From Bigelowiella natans nucleomorph (taxonomy: Eukaryota; Protista; Cercozoa), in assembly GCA_000002455.1 (NCBI GenBank), contig DQ158856.1, positions 90,001 through 122,000 of the forward strand: a stretch of 32,000 nt of DNA. Reading direction: 5' to 3'. This document shows, piece after piece, positions 1-11,654 of this stretch. Position 1 is the stretch's first letter; each line of letters opens with the position of its first letter. Below the pieces are notes generated by a model. The model was not told the origin of the DNA and searched no databases. It worked only from the letters and a program-made list of their open reading frames with translations. Position numbers and translations under genes: made by a program.

Positions 1-1550
1 AGGCCTTCTTTAGTAACGCATACTAATTTATAACCTTCGAACTCTTTCAATTGCTGCATACAGTATTCATCCATCGGATCTATCATATAAATAACCTCTA
101 TATCATTGTAAAGTAGTTTCTCTATGAAAGGCGACTTTTTCAATACCTCTGTACTTTCTCCAATAATGTAATAAATTTTTTTTTGTTTAGGTAAACATCG
201 AGCGATATAATCCTTAAAGCTTACTGTCTCCTCATCAACTTTAGATGAGCGAAATCTTAAGAGTTCAGCTAGTTTAGATCTATTCTGAGAGTCTTCATGT
301 ACTCCTAATTTGATGTTTTTACTGAAAGCTTCATAGAATTTCGAGTAATCATCACAATCATTGCTAATCTCAATGAACATCTCTAAACATTTTTTCACCA
401 AGTTTTTCTTAATTACTTTCAAGATTTTGTTTTGTTGGAGAGCTTCTCTCGATATATTTAGAGGTAAATCTTCCGAATCAACGATTCCTTTGATAAAATT
501 TAAGTATTCAGGTATTAGATCTTGACAGTTATCCATAATAAATACTCTACGAACGTACAGTTTGATATTGTTAGATTTTTTTCTGGAATCAAAAAGATCA
601 AAAGGAGCTCTACGTGGAACATAAAGTATTGCCTTAAAATCAACTTGTCCTTCTACTGAAAAATGTTTTTTAGCTAAATGATCTTCCCAATCATTAGTAA
701 TCGACTTATAGAATGAGGAATATTCTTCTTCACTAATATCCTGAGATCTTTTCATCCATATAGGTTTTTGTTTATTCAGAACAATCAGTTCTTTTTTTAC
801 TTCCTTAACTTTTTGAACGTCTGCAGAATTTTCATTTTTTTCTGACGACTGTTCATTTACTACATCTTTTTCAACTATCTTCTCAACTTCTAAAGCGATT
901 GGATAACTAATGAACTCACTATGTTTCTTAATGATTTCTTTAAGACGTCTTTCTTCTAAAAACTCTAGCTGGTCATCTTTAAGGTATAAAACAACTCTAG
1001 TTCCTCTACCAAAGTTCACGATTGGCTGAATTTTTCTTATACTAAAAGAACCACCTGCTAATGATTCCCATGAATAGTAATCATCAAGATTATGCTTAGT
1101 AAAAATTATGACTTTTTTTGAAACTAAATAAGAAGCATAAAAACCAACTCCAAATTGACCAATCAATGATAAATCAGTTCCTTGTTTTAAAGCTTCAACA
1201 AATCTTTTAGTTCCCGATCTAGCAATTGTTCCAATATTATTGATAAGATCGTTTTTAGTCATACCTATTCCAGAATCTGCAATTGTTAAAGTATTGTTAG
1301 CTTTATTGGGTATGATATGAATGTATAAATCTGCTTCAGCATCAAGTATGCTTGGCTCACTTATAGACTGGTATCTCACTTTATCTAAGGCATCAGAAGA
1401 GTTAGAAATTAGTTCACGTAAAAATATTTCTTTTTTTTTATAAAAAGTATTAACAATTAAAGATAGTAGTTGATTTACTTCGGTTTGAAAATAAAATATT
1501 TGACCTTTTTCTAAAAGCACATATTCTTGATTATTTGGTGCACACATCAT
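1..1550 (-). CDS. hsp90: Cytosolic-type Hsp90, 3' end beyond the window
   Basis: ATG at 1550 reads [57 protein letters not shown]. Later motifs [20 protein letters not shown] and [15 protein letters not shown]. No introns seen. Missing from the ORF track because there is no stop inside the window. Confidence 0.98.
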   Translation of the reverse strand, partial: MMCAPNNQEYVLLEKGQIFYFQTEVNQLLSLIVNTFYKKKEIFLRELISNSSDALDKVRYQSISEPSILDAEADLYIHIIPNKANNTLTIADSGIGMTKNDLINNIGTIARSGTKRFVEALKQGTDLSLIGQFGVGFYASYLVSKKVIIFTKHNLDDYYSWESLAGGSFSIRKIQPIVNFGRGTRVVLYLKDDQLEFLEERRLKEIIKKHSEFISYPIALEVEKIVEKDVVNEQSSEKNENSADVQKVKEVKKELIVLNKQKPIWMKRSQDISEEEYSSFYKSITNDWEDHLAKKHFSVEGQVDFKAILYVPRRAPFDLFDSRKKSNNIKLYVRRVFIMDNCQDLIPEYLNFIKGIVDSEDLPLNISREALQQNKILKVIKKNLVKKCLEMFIEISNDCDDYSKFYEAFSKNIKLGVHEDSQNRSKLAELLRFRSSKVDEETVSFKDYIARCLPKQKKIYYIIGESTEVLKKSPFIEKLLYNDIEVIYMIDPMDEYCMQQLKEFEGYKLVCVTKEG

Positions 1551-1751
1551 AATCTTTCATTTAGTATATAGTCGGTAGGTTAATTCTATAATACTCATTA
1601 TACCCAAACTATAATTTTACTTGGTTTTTTCATTTATATTATGAAAATTAAAATATATTAGATTTAAATCCGCAAACATAAATTTTAGACAAAAATAATT
1701 TATTATACGACAATCATAATATTCACAAAAAAAGATTTATACAAGTTTTTT

Positions 1752-2243
1752 ATGATAAGTAATGATACATTTATCAGTAGATATATAAGTTTCAGATATC
1801 AAAATAACGAAAAATATAATAAGACGCGCCTGACAAATTTCGAACCAGCTAGAATATTAAAATATAATATGAATAATTTTTTTACTTTAAAGAATAAATA
1901 TACCAGTAATTTTTCAGCTACGAAAAATAAATCAGCTGTTAGATCAAGATTTTTCTTAAATTATTTATGTTTTTATTTAAGCATTATATATATGAATAGT
2001 CCATTCTCAATAGTTTACAAAATAATTTATAAACAACTATACTTATCCAAACATGTATCATCATATTTAACAATAAAACTAAGTAAATTTCAAGGGAATT
2101 TCTATTATTTCAATCAAATATTAAATTTTTATATCAATAATTTTCTCAATTTTAATAAAACTTGTTCAATAAATGTTTTATCTTTTAATCATATCAAGAA
2201 AATAAACTTTATATTAAAAACCGAGCTACTAAATTTTCTTTGA
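1752..2243 (+). CDS. Hypothetical 163-aa orphan protein
   Basis: Open 163-codon frame filling the gap between hsp90 and BUD31. Rich in N/K/I/F/Y, with no motif recognised. Confidence 0.5.
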   Translation: MISNDTFISRYISFRYQNNEKYNKTRLTNFEPARILKYNMNNFFTLKNKYTSNFSATKNKSAVRSRFFLNYLCFYLSIIYMNSPFSIVYKIIYKQLYLSKHVSSYLTIKLSKFQGNFYYFNQILNFYINNFLNFNKTCSINVLSFNHIKKINFILKTELLNFL

Positions 2244-2278
2244 TAAATGTATTAGTTAACAAATAATGCAATTGAGAT

Positions 2279-2780
2279 ATGCAGTTGTCTTCAATTAATC
2301 CAATAGAAACTAAAATAATAAATAAAGTTTTACACATTTTTAATTTACATTATAAAAAAATAATGTTATCTGAAAATAGAGAAAATAACACAAAAATAAA
2401 CTTCTGGAAAATATATCGTCTTCATTGGGAAAAGAATAGATTTATTTTTGACTTATTTTATAAAAAAAGAATATTATCCACAAAAATAGTTAAATTATGA
2501 ATATTAGATGAAATCTCTTATATCCAATGAACTAATTGATAAAGAATTATTAAAGATTTGGACTTTAAAAGGATATGAGATTGTTTGTTCAACCAATGCC
2601 TTAAAGATTGCCGGTGAAGCCCCTATTAATACATCTATTTGTAGAGTACCATTAACAATTAGATCACGAAAAACCTATTTATTTCCAGATTCTAAGATTG
2701 GCTGTATCTCTTGTTCTTCAGGTGATGGAATAAAGGGCAAACCCATCTGGTGGAATACAAAAATAATTAGAAGTAAATAA
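2279..2780 (+). CDS. bud31: BUD31/G10 spliceosomal protein
   Basis: FWKIYRLHWEKNRFIFDLFYKKRILS joins LIDKELLKIWTLKGYE..ICRVP..GCISCS through a 19-nt intron at 2489-2507 (gttaaattatgaatattag). This parallels G10 [40 protein letters not shown]. Confidence 0.9.
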
Positions 2781-2781
2781 T

Positions 2782-3417
2782 CTAAGAGTAATTAAATTGA
2801 TTTTCCTCATTATACATATCAAAAAATTGTTTATATTCTGACAAATACCTTATTAATGTGAAAATTACATTCCTATAGAATTTTTTTTAAAAATTCTATG
2901 TTTGAATCCTATTTTGGATCTTGCTCTTTTTTTAACTTTATTCGATAACCTCTTCTACTTAAATCCCCGATAATATTTATACCTATAATTATTTGAATTA
3001 CCATGAATGCCAATTTTCTGATCAAAATTGTAACCTAGTTCAAGATGATCACTAATACCAATACCTTTAAATATTAATAAAACCAAAAGTAGATGTTAAG
3101 GAAAAATTGCTTTCATTAATAGTAAAGGTCTTTAGCTTTAACATTTTATACTATTACTTTAATAAATACTAAAAATAATATACCCTTTTTTTTTGATAGA
3201 GAACAAAAGCAAGAAATATACTCTCCTCGTCTAATAGAGAAAGTTTTGATCGTTCTTTTTGCCATTCCAAAACTAGGAAACTGAAGACTTATTTTTTTTA
3301 AAAGCTTACTAGATTTATATAGGTTAGATCCCGAAGAACCTACGTCAATACTTAATATTAGCTTATTTAAAAAAATTTGTTTCATTGGGTTCTTTAAAAA
3401 ATATTAGTTACTTTCAT
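2782..3417 (-). CDS. rpl11: 60S ribosomal protein L11 (uL5), with a 1-nt frame break near 2920-2940
   Basis: MK|NPMKQIFLNKLILSIDVG..AKRTIKTFSIRRGE..GISDHLELGYNFDQKIGIHG..RRGYR..KKRARSKIGFKHRI. Introns at 3392-3411 (20), 3151-3169, 3065-3083, 2983-3001 (19 each), and probably 2849-2868 (20). The 3' end depends on that last intron. Confidence 0.92.
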
Positions 3418-3474
3418 TATTTACGGTTAATTATTCTTTTTATAGTTTTTATATAAGTGTAATTATTAACTTAA

Positions 3475-5242
3475 CTAGTGGCTTAAGATAATTATGATTT
3501 TTAAAATAATTGTATTCATTCTTATTAGTAATTTTTTTGATCTAGAGTAATACTTAATCAACCGATTATCAGTAATACTTATTTGATTGCTAAAAAAACT
3601 CTTACTATTCTTTAATCTCTGCCTCTTGTTTCCTTTATAAAGCTCTAGATATGAAAAAAGATGCTTTTCTAAATTTTAAAATAGTACTCTTCAATGAGCT
3701 ATAAACTTTAAGTTCAGTTCGAAAATTGTACTGGATATACACAATACCATACATTTCTTTTTGAAAAATCTGATTTTCTATTTATAACTTGTATAGCTTT
3801 TTTACTTTTATTACAAAAGAAGTATTCAACACAAGTAAAGTTTCTTCGACGATTCTTAAGCAAATTAAATAGCCTTTGGGCACCTTTTTGAGTGATATGA
3901 ACAAAATTTACGATTTTTAGATTTAATTTAATCAGATCTTCAATTATCTGATTCTTAGATGGGTGACAATAAAAAAATACTTTGGAAGCTTTGATTTTAT
4001 TTTTATTTCCTGAAGATTTTCCGAAAATTACAATAGGTTTCATGTTGATAATACTACTAACCGTAAACTAAAAAACTCATTTTAACTTTTTGATAGAACT
4101 CTGTCAAAATGAATAAATATTTATTCCTATTAGAAGCTAGCAAAGATGGAAGTTGTGATTTAAGATTAAAAAAATCAGGACTTGTGATTATAACGTGAGA
4201 ATCTGTGTGTAAAGTGTCCACAAGAGATTTTGAAGTCTTAACAATTTGATATATATTTTCATCAAAACCATAGTTTTTCTATTTTAAAATTAATAAACAT
4301 TTATAATTTCTGAATTGAAATAATTTATTAACTTTCTTGAATTATTTTTTAAATCATTTAATTTGTGATTGATTATTATTACTTTAACTTTTTTTTTATT
4401 AATTGACATGAATTTGAACAGTATCAATAAAATGTTCTAATATTTTTATATTTACCAACAAATTAATAAAGGAGGATACAGGAAATACTATCGTACATTT
4501 TTTTTTATAAACAGAGTTCGAAATTTTTCTATACAAAAATCTTTCATTTCGTTTACCATCTAAATAATTTTTTGCTCCTATGGTATCTTCAATAATCAAC
4601 AGATCAAAATTAAAGTCATAATAGGAAACTCCTTTTAAAACTAAACTATCATTTTTTGAATAATCCCCTGTATATAACAAACTAAAAGATAAGGAATTGA
4701 GATTAATGCAGCTAGATCCTAATGAATGGCCAGAGTTAAAAAACGTAGCTATCTATTTTTCATTAAAATACGTTATTGCCACGCAGCATTTTTACAGTAT
4801 TTTCTTTTACAGATATTATTAATTCCATGACCATTTCAATATCATCTTGATTAAAGCTTTTAATTTTTAATTTATCAGTAAAGTTCAGAAATTCTTTAGA
4901 ATTATAAAAGAATAATAGCTTGGTCAAATAAGTCGAATAAGATAAGTTCTTTAATAAAAAAAATACCTTGTCACTGCCATAATTTAAAATTAAAGGTAAG
5001 CTTCCAATATGATCTAAATGATAATGACTAATTAGAAAATTTAATGGTTTAGTTATCTTTTTTAAGAAATTTATGCTCTCTAAATGCATCCAATACTTAT
5101 CGCTTCTAATAATACCAATATCAAGAATAAATATTGTATTTCTTTTTTAATTTATCAACTTTATCATTACATAAATACACGAATTTCCAATTTGAAAAGT
5201 TCCGCCCAGTTGTAGTATCTTAACAATTGAATCACTAACCAT
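3475..5242 (-). CDS. cpsf73: CPSF73/Ysh1-like metallo-beta-lactamase/beta-CASP 3'-end endonuclease
   Basis: LGGTFQIGNSC, ISHYHLDHIGSLP (HxHxDH), FNSGHSLGS, LYTGDYS, FYCHPS..FVHITQKGAQRL (compare FSAHTD..LVHGEQNEMARL). Several 19-nt introns. Stop traced to 3475. IntS11 is less likely. Confidence 0.82.
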
Positions 5243-5508
5243 ACTTTGAATTAATCTTAAAAAACTTATTTGCTAGTTATTAAAAAAGAGGATTAATCAA
5301 CTAAAAATAAATACTTTAAAATGATAATAAATAGAAATCAAAAATACTAGAGACAATAAAAATATTATATTATACTCGACCATTTTTAAATAAAATTTGT
5401 AATTGAATTTTTAAATTATATTTTATAATTTAAAATTACGACAATATTTTTGTAATACTAAGCTAAGATTCCACAGGGTTTAATAAGGATTATTTATTAA
5501 ATACTTAT

Positions 5509-7848
5509 ATGATATTAAATACTCCAAAAAAACTTAACATTACTAATAGAAACTCAATTGATACGGCTTATTGCTTTTCACTCTTATCTAATTATACATA
5601 TACCAAAAAATATTATTTATTATTTGAAAATAAATTTATTAAAAGCAATGAGATAGAACTCAATTTATTTATAAGAAATTATTCCTTAAACTATTTTTCA
5701 AAAAACTCAGAAATGAAAGTAAAAATTGAATATTTTAGAATAATATTCTTATATTTAAAAATAAATTAATAGAACTATCGAAAATAAGACTAATATCCGG
5801 CTATTCAGATACAGTTTCATCTCTTTTTTATTATCATTATAAGATAGGAAAAGACTCAAATTTGATTTTGCTTTATTATTTGAAACATCTTTCTCTTGAT
5901 AAATTAAGTTTACTATGTTTTAAAACAAAATTTCTTAAAAATTCCACCAACTATTTTATCACCATGATAATTGCTAACTATAAACAAGTTTGCACCTAAT
6001 TAATAGTACAGTTGCAGGTATTCGATTGGAAGAATAAAAAATACTTTAGAAAATATATCATTACATATGCTTACATGCTACAAAACATTCAGCAAATCAA
6101 AATTTTTTTATATGCATTTGGTAAATAATTTTATACTAGCTTACTAATCTTTTCAAACCCCATTTAATTGGTAAATTATCTAAAAAAAAATACAATAGGA
6201 TTAATGCTAAATTTATTCATTCCTCGGAAAGCACAAATTTAGCTTTTATTGTTGTTCTATTTAAAATATGTTGTTCATTTAGAAATAATATTGAAAATAG
6301 AATATATCTTATACAAAAAATTTTTCTAGTAATAGAACTAATGAGTAATAAAACCAATTACCATGTGGGTAAAAAAATCCTTAAGTTTTCTTCTTTTGGG
6401 TACCAGACTACACAATTGTTGTTACGCATTTTTGAACTGTTCCTTTTAAACAAAAGTAATAAAAATTTAAAATATTTTAGCAATCATTTAGGTTTGTTTT
6501 AAATTTATAGACTATTTAAGTCGTATTTTTCTTTATAAAAAAAGAGAAATTTATTATAAAAAATACTATTCTTATTTACAATCAGAAAAAAATATTAATA
6601 CATTCTTCCTCTGGACATTTAGAAAAGAAAAATTTTCTACTGCCAACAGATCTAAATTATTTTTTGATTTTATTGATTACAATAACTCCAATACTCTACA
6701 AAAAAATAGATTATACAAAATATTATTACTAGAAGCTGTTGATGAATACAAAAGCTATGAAAAAAGCATCAGAATAAAAATTATTTTAGACTTTTTAAAA
6801 GTAGTTTATTTATTATTAGAACATCAACCTTAAAGAGAATTTTTTATTCATGTTTATCGAACTAAGCCTAATTTATCTACAGATCAATAAAAAAAATACA
6901 ATATTAAAAATAGTTCTATTAATTTCAAAAATGCTTAAGTCAAGCTTTAGAATTAATACTTTTGATATACATAAAAATTTTAAGCATCAATATTTTTTAA
7001 GACAGTTTAATTTAGAAAAGTACTTTTTAAATGCAAAATTTTTCAATATAATTTTAGACTTGTTAGAGGATATATATGATCATAAGAAACTCATTCTATT
7101 TTATGAAAGTATTCTGAACAGCAAATATTTTACGATCGAATTACTTTTTTCTTACTCAAATATACTTAAGGTATATTTTATTGTTATAGCGATCTAATCA
7201 GCTTGATCAAAGTATTAAAATTAGATTTATACATCGCTCTAAAATTCCTGAAAACAGAAGAATAGATTTCTGGTTTTCCTTTTTAATGGATATGTCTTTA
7301 ATGACGATTAAAAAGCAGGAACTTAACGAATATCTTATTTCAAATGTTTTATTTTCACTATTAGATTCTAGAAGAAAATAATAAAACTATAATAGAATTT
7401 TTGTTCATAGTTTGTAACTCTCTTATATTTAATATTTATACCAAAAGGATAAATATCAAAATTTATTCTATACTCAAGGATATACCTACTAATAAAAAAA
7501 TTGATTTTCATATTTTTCTATATTCTTTATCGAATATTGGAAAAAAATTAGGCATTATTGAAGTTTTTTTTAATAAAATAGCTGTTAAGTTTGGTCAATA
7601 CGTACTGGAAGTCAAAAAATATACAAATTATAAAAGAAAAAGAATTTATTAAGCTATCATTATTAACCATTTTTATTAAAGAAAGCCTAGGAAATTACTC
7701 ACATTGTAAAAAGTTGTATAAACAATTAATAAATAATATATCAGAAAAATATAAGTGTATTGTACTATCATCCTATAAAAATTTTGAAGTATCTCTCAAT
7801 TTTTTTAGATTTTACACGGGAATGAAGAATCTTATAGAGATTTTCTAA
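5509..7848 (+). CDS. HAT/TPR-repeat protein, probably SYF1/XAB2 (NTC splicing factor); multi-intron, start uncertain (about 5320-5509)
   Basis: LLEDIYDHKKLILFYESILNSKYFTIELLFSYSNIL resembles XAB2 DLEESLGTFQSTKAVYDRILDLRIATPQIVINYAMFL. The C-terminal ESLGNYSHCKKLY..SSYKNFE resembles ECKLGEIDRARAIY..QTWKDFE. Very divergent. Confidence 0.55.
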
Positions 7849-7925
7849 ATCTTTACACTACTTAACTATTAAATATTAATAAATTAACTTTTTAATTTAA
7901 TTATAATATTAAATAAAAATAATAG

Positions 7926-8438
7926 ATGGTTTAAATAATTTATAAAGATATTATCTAAAAAAGCAATTAAAGATAAAATAATTAACAGCGAAAAAACTAA
8001 ATACTATAAAGGTATAAACGTGAAAAAATATGATTTAAGCGATGAAAAATTTATACTATCTACTATGAATAATAGATCAAAAAGAAAGTATTTTGTTCTA
8101 GAATAGATTATATAGATATATGAAAACCAAAAAAAATCTAAAATCTAATCAGCATTTATTGCTCAACTTTTTTGATAAATTATTTAATAGGAAAACAAAT
8201 GACAAACTAAAAACTCATGTTAGAAATTGTATAATTACTCCTTCGATGATAAATAAAAAAATTTATGTATATAATGGAAATTCTTATAGCTACATTGAAC
8301 TTCAAGTTTATGATAGAATTTTAGACGCTAATGCTTGGCAAATTTCTAGGTGAATTTTCTTTAACTTACAAACCTGTAAAACATGGCAATCCAGGAATAG
8401 GTGCTACACATTCTTCAAGATTTATTCCTTTAAGATGA
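7926..8438 (+). CDS. rps15: 40S ribosomal protein S15 (uS19)
   Basis: [53 protein letters not shown]. 19-nt introns at 7929-7947, 8088-8106 and 8306-8324. Confidence 0.97.
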
Positions 8439-8488
8439 TGATCTAAGTATTAAACTTAATATTAATTACAATAAAATAATAAATATTG

Positions 8489-8990
8489 TTAGTATAACTC
8501 ATCTAATTGCCTTAACCAAGTTTTTCTTCGAGCTATATTTTCATTTCTAATATTATTTAAGTAAGGCTTTAGCACAAATTCCTTTTTAATTTTCGTTAAA
8601 ACTTGAACTATATAGAAAAATATTACCTTCTGGGGTTCTTATGCAATTAATAAGACATCTAACATTTTTTACAGGTATCCAATTATCTAATCCTGGGCCC
8701 CAAATAAAAGTATTCTGATCTATTATACCATTGATCCAGCAAATTCTCAACGTTTTTAAATCACAAGGTCCTCTTGATGTACTTAATCGATCTTTATAGT
8801 ACCAAATATTATCCTTTGAAATTGTTTTTATATACTGAAACTGTGACTTTTGATTTAAAGTAATTTTTTTATCAAACATTGTATTAATTTTATCTAAATA
8901 TATTTTTGTTCTCTCATCTTGATTTATTTTTTCTAAATATTCAATTACATTATGTTTTATAGTTTCCGTGATTTGATTGATATGATTCAT
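8489..8990 (-). CDS. tic56: GYF_2 (DUF4339) domain protein, Tic56-like plastid translocon subunit, 160 aa
   Basis: WYYKDRLSTSRGPCDLKTLRICWINGIIDQNTFIWGPGLDNWIPVKNV..IRTPE, then a 19-nt intron at 8608-8626, then VQVLTKIKKEFVLKPYLNNIRNE..*. Matches my recollection of the green-lineage Tic56 core (WYYKDRLGRTRGPC..GIIDKDTFIWGEDMDEW). Confidence 0.8.
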
Positions 8991-9026
8991 TAATTTGCGT
9001 AAAAATAAGTTTATTTTAAATAACTA

Positions 9027-10578
9027 CTAAATTACATCCATAGTCCTAGTTAGGTGTAAATTATATCTAAACATGTAGTCCCAAAGATCTGATGAGATTT
9101 TATCTTTTGATGAATTAATTAGAGTAATCGCTGTTCCTTTCTTGTTTAACCTACCAGTTCTACCTATACGGTTTATGTATTCTTCTAGAGAAGAAGGAAT
9201 ATCAAAGTTAATTACTAAATTAACATTTTTGAAATCTAGACCTCTACTAGCTAATGATGTCGAAACCAAAATAGAATTATTTTCGTTTCTAAAACTATAT
9301 AATGTTATCATTCTTTCTATTTGAGATTGGGTCCCAAATAAACTTTTTGATTTGTAACCTGCTTCAATAAGTAACTTATTAACTAATTGTGCGCTTTTTA
9401 TAGTATTCACAAAGACGATTACACTTCCTTTAACGTACCAGTAACTAATTATTTCTAGTAATCTTTGCTTTTTGAAAATTTCTATATATTCGAAAAATTG
9501 AGAAATATTTGAATTTATTTTTGATCTTTCACCCATATTAAAACGAATAGGATACTTTAGGAAAACTGAAAGGTTTATGATTTGCGATATCTATAAGGAT
9601 TTAAGATACTTTTAATCCCATACAAGAAGCAAAAAGCAGTAATTGTTTATCTCTACGAACGTTTTTTAATATCCTTTTTATTGATATTTCAAAATCAATA
9701 TCTAATATTTTATCAGCTTCGTCCATAATAATTTTTTTTATGTTCCATAAAGGTTTTTTTTTTATTAAAAGTATTAAATCTATTAATCTACCTGGAGTTG
9801 TAACTATAATATTATTTTCCTTAAATAGTGAATTAATTGAATTAGCTAAATTCGAACCTCCATAAAAACAAAAGGTTCTAATGTTTGAATGTTTGGTCAA
9901 ATAATATGATTCTCTGCCTATTTGTAATACCAATTCTCTTGTTGGAGCAATGACAATATTTCTAACATTTTTTAATCTATTCAAGCCTACTATAAGAGGA
10001 ATTAAATAACAAAGAGTTTTACCTGAGCCAGTTTTGGCTAAACAAAAAATATCTTTCCCAAACAATATTTTTGGAATCACAAGTGATTGTATTGGAAGTG
10101 GATATAGCCTACGTGTGTTTTTAAGATAGCTTAATACACTTTTGTGAATTTTTATAAAATTCCAATGCTGAAATAAATTAAAAAAAGAATTATTACTTGA
10201 AAGAATACGTTTATCCTCTGTTTCTATTTTTGTTATTTTTAAATTTTTACATATCTTACTAAATGTATCGTATCCATTTAAAAATTTATGTATCAAACCG
10301 ATTAATACAAGAGGCTTTTTTTTTTCAATACTCTTATTAAAGATATATTTAACTTTGTCAGGATAAACAGTTTTAGTCTTGTGATTGGTATTAAAATTAT
10401 TATAAAATTGTGAAATGTTTGCTATAATTTTTGCTTTTTTTATTTTTTTAAACACTTTGTAATCATATTTATTCTTATTATTGGTTTCACTCGACAAAAT
10501 TTTATTATTCGAATCGAATTTATTAATTGGTCTATCAAAATTATTATTATATGACTTAGAATGTAACATATCAGTCAT
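9027..10578 (-). CDS. prp5: DEAD-box helicase PRP5/DDX46-like
   Basis: AKTGSGKT, PTRELVLQ, TPGRLID, DEAD, NVRRDKQ, GERSKINSNISQ and RLLEIISYWYVKGSVIVFV (typical of DDX46/RH42), RGLD, NRIGRTGR. A 19-nt intron at 9591-9609 joins the two ORFs in frame. Confidence 0.8.
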
Positions 10579-10621
10579 TTATTGGCTGCATTTAGACTAT
10601 CAGAGAAGTATAGTATATTGA

Positions 10622-11036
10622 TCAATTAAGTTTATTTACATCGTCAATAATATCTATACTTTTAAGGTCACCTGATGCAATTAATGAATTAATTTGATCA
10701 AGAGTATATCTACATAATACATCTCCTTTGAAATCATCATACTCTCTAAGACTAACTAGTATTATGTCGCCCTTTATGAATTTTAAAATACTTCTCTTAT
10801 CCAAACAGTTTTTCTTAATTTTCCTCGAATAGTACAAACTCTGCTTTTACCATCTTCACAAAGAACCTTTAACCTACAGTCTCCTAAAGAGACTATTACT
10901 TTTCCATACACTATGAATATAATCAAACTTTGATCTACATCTTTTTTTATTAAATCAGCTTTTTTCATTTTTTGCACTTTACTTAATTTTGTTACTGTTA
11001 TTTTCTAATTTGTTAAAAAGTACTTTTATTCTTCAT
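10622..11036 (-). CDS. eif1A: Translation initiation factor eIF1A
   Basis: [45 protein letters not shown]. Introns at 11005-11023, 10977-10995, 10911-10928 (18) and 10772-10791 (20). Confidence 0.95.
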
Positions 11037-11081
11037 TATCAATCTAATTAGCATTATTAAAACTTTGATTTAGGACTCTCA

Positions 11082-11654
11082 ATGAAACACGTTCTAGTGC
11101 AATCAATAATTAATGTTCCCAAAGACGTAAAAATACGGATTAAGGAAAAAACCATTTATACTAAAGGTATAAATGGAGAACTATCTAAAAAATTTAATAA
11201 TAAAAATGTAAATATTATTTATAAAAAAAATGATAGTAATTCTCTGATCGTGAGATGCTATTACAATAATAAAAGCTCATCAGCAATAGTCAGAACAATC
11301 ACAAGCATTATTTATAATATGATAATTGGCGTTTCAAAAGGTTTTACATATTTATTAAAAATAGTATATTCACATTTTCCCATCAGTGTTAAATATATAC
11401 AAAATGAAAATACTTTAGAAATAACTAATCTATTTGGATTAAAAAGAATAGATAGCTTTTTTATACCATCAAGTGTACAAGTTTGTACAAATAACTTAAA
11501 CAAAAAAGAAATTATACTATTATCTAAGGATATAGAAACTTTGGGAATATTATCAAGTCTAATTCAAAATAAATGTAGTATCAACAACAAAGATTGTCGA
11601 GTATTCATTGATGGTATTTATTTAGCTAGTAAAGAAGTTAATTCGTTAATTTAG
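11082..11654 (+). CDS. rpl9: 60S ribosomal protein L9 (uL6)
   Basis: GINGELSKKF, NMIIGVSKGFTY..VYSHFPI, KDCRVFIDGIY. Uninterrupted. Confidence 0.95.
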   Translation: MKHVLVQSIINVPKDVKIRIKEKTIYTKGINGELSKKFNNKNVNIIYKKNDSNSLIVRCYYNNKSSSAIVRTITSIIYNMIIGVSKGFTYLLKIVYSHFPISVKYIQNENTLEITNLFGLKRIDSFFIPSSVQVCTNNLNKKEIILLSKDIETLGILSSLIQNKCSINNKDCRVFIDGIYLASKEVNSLI

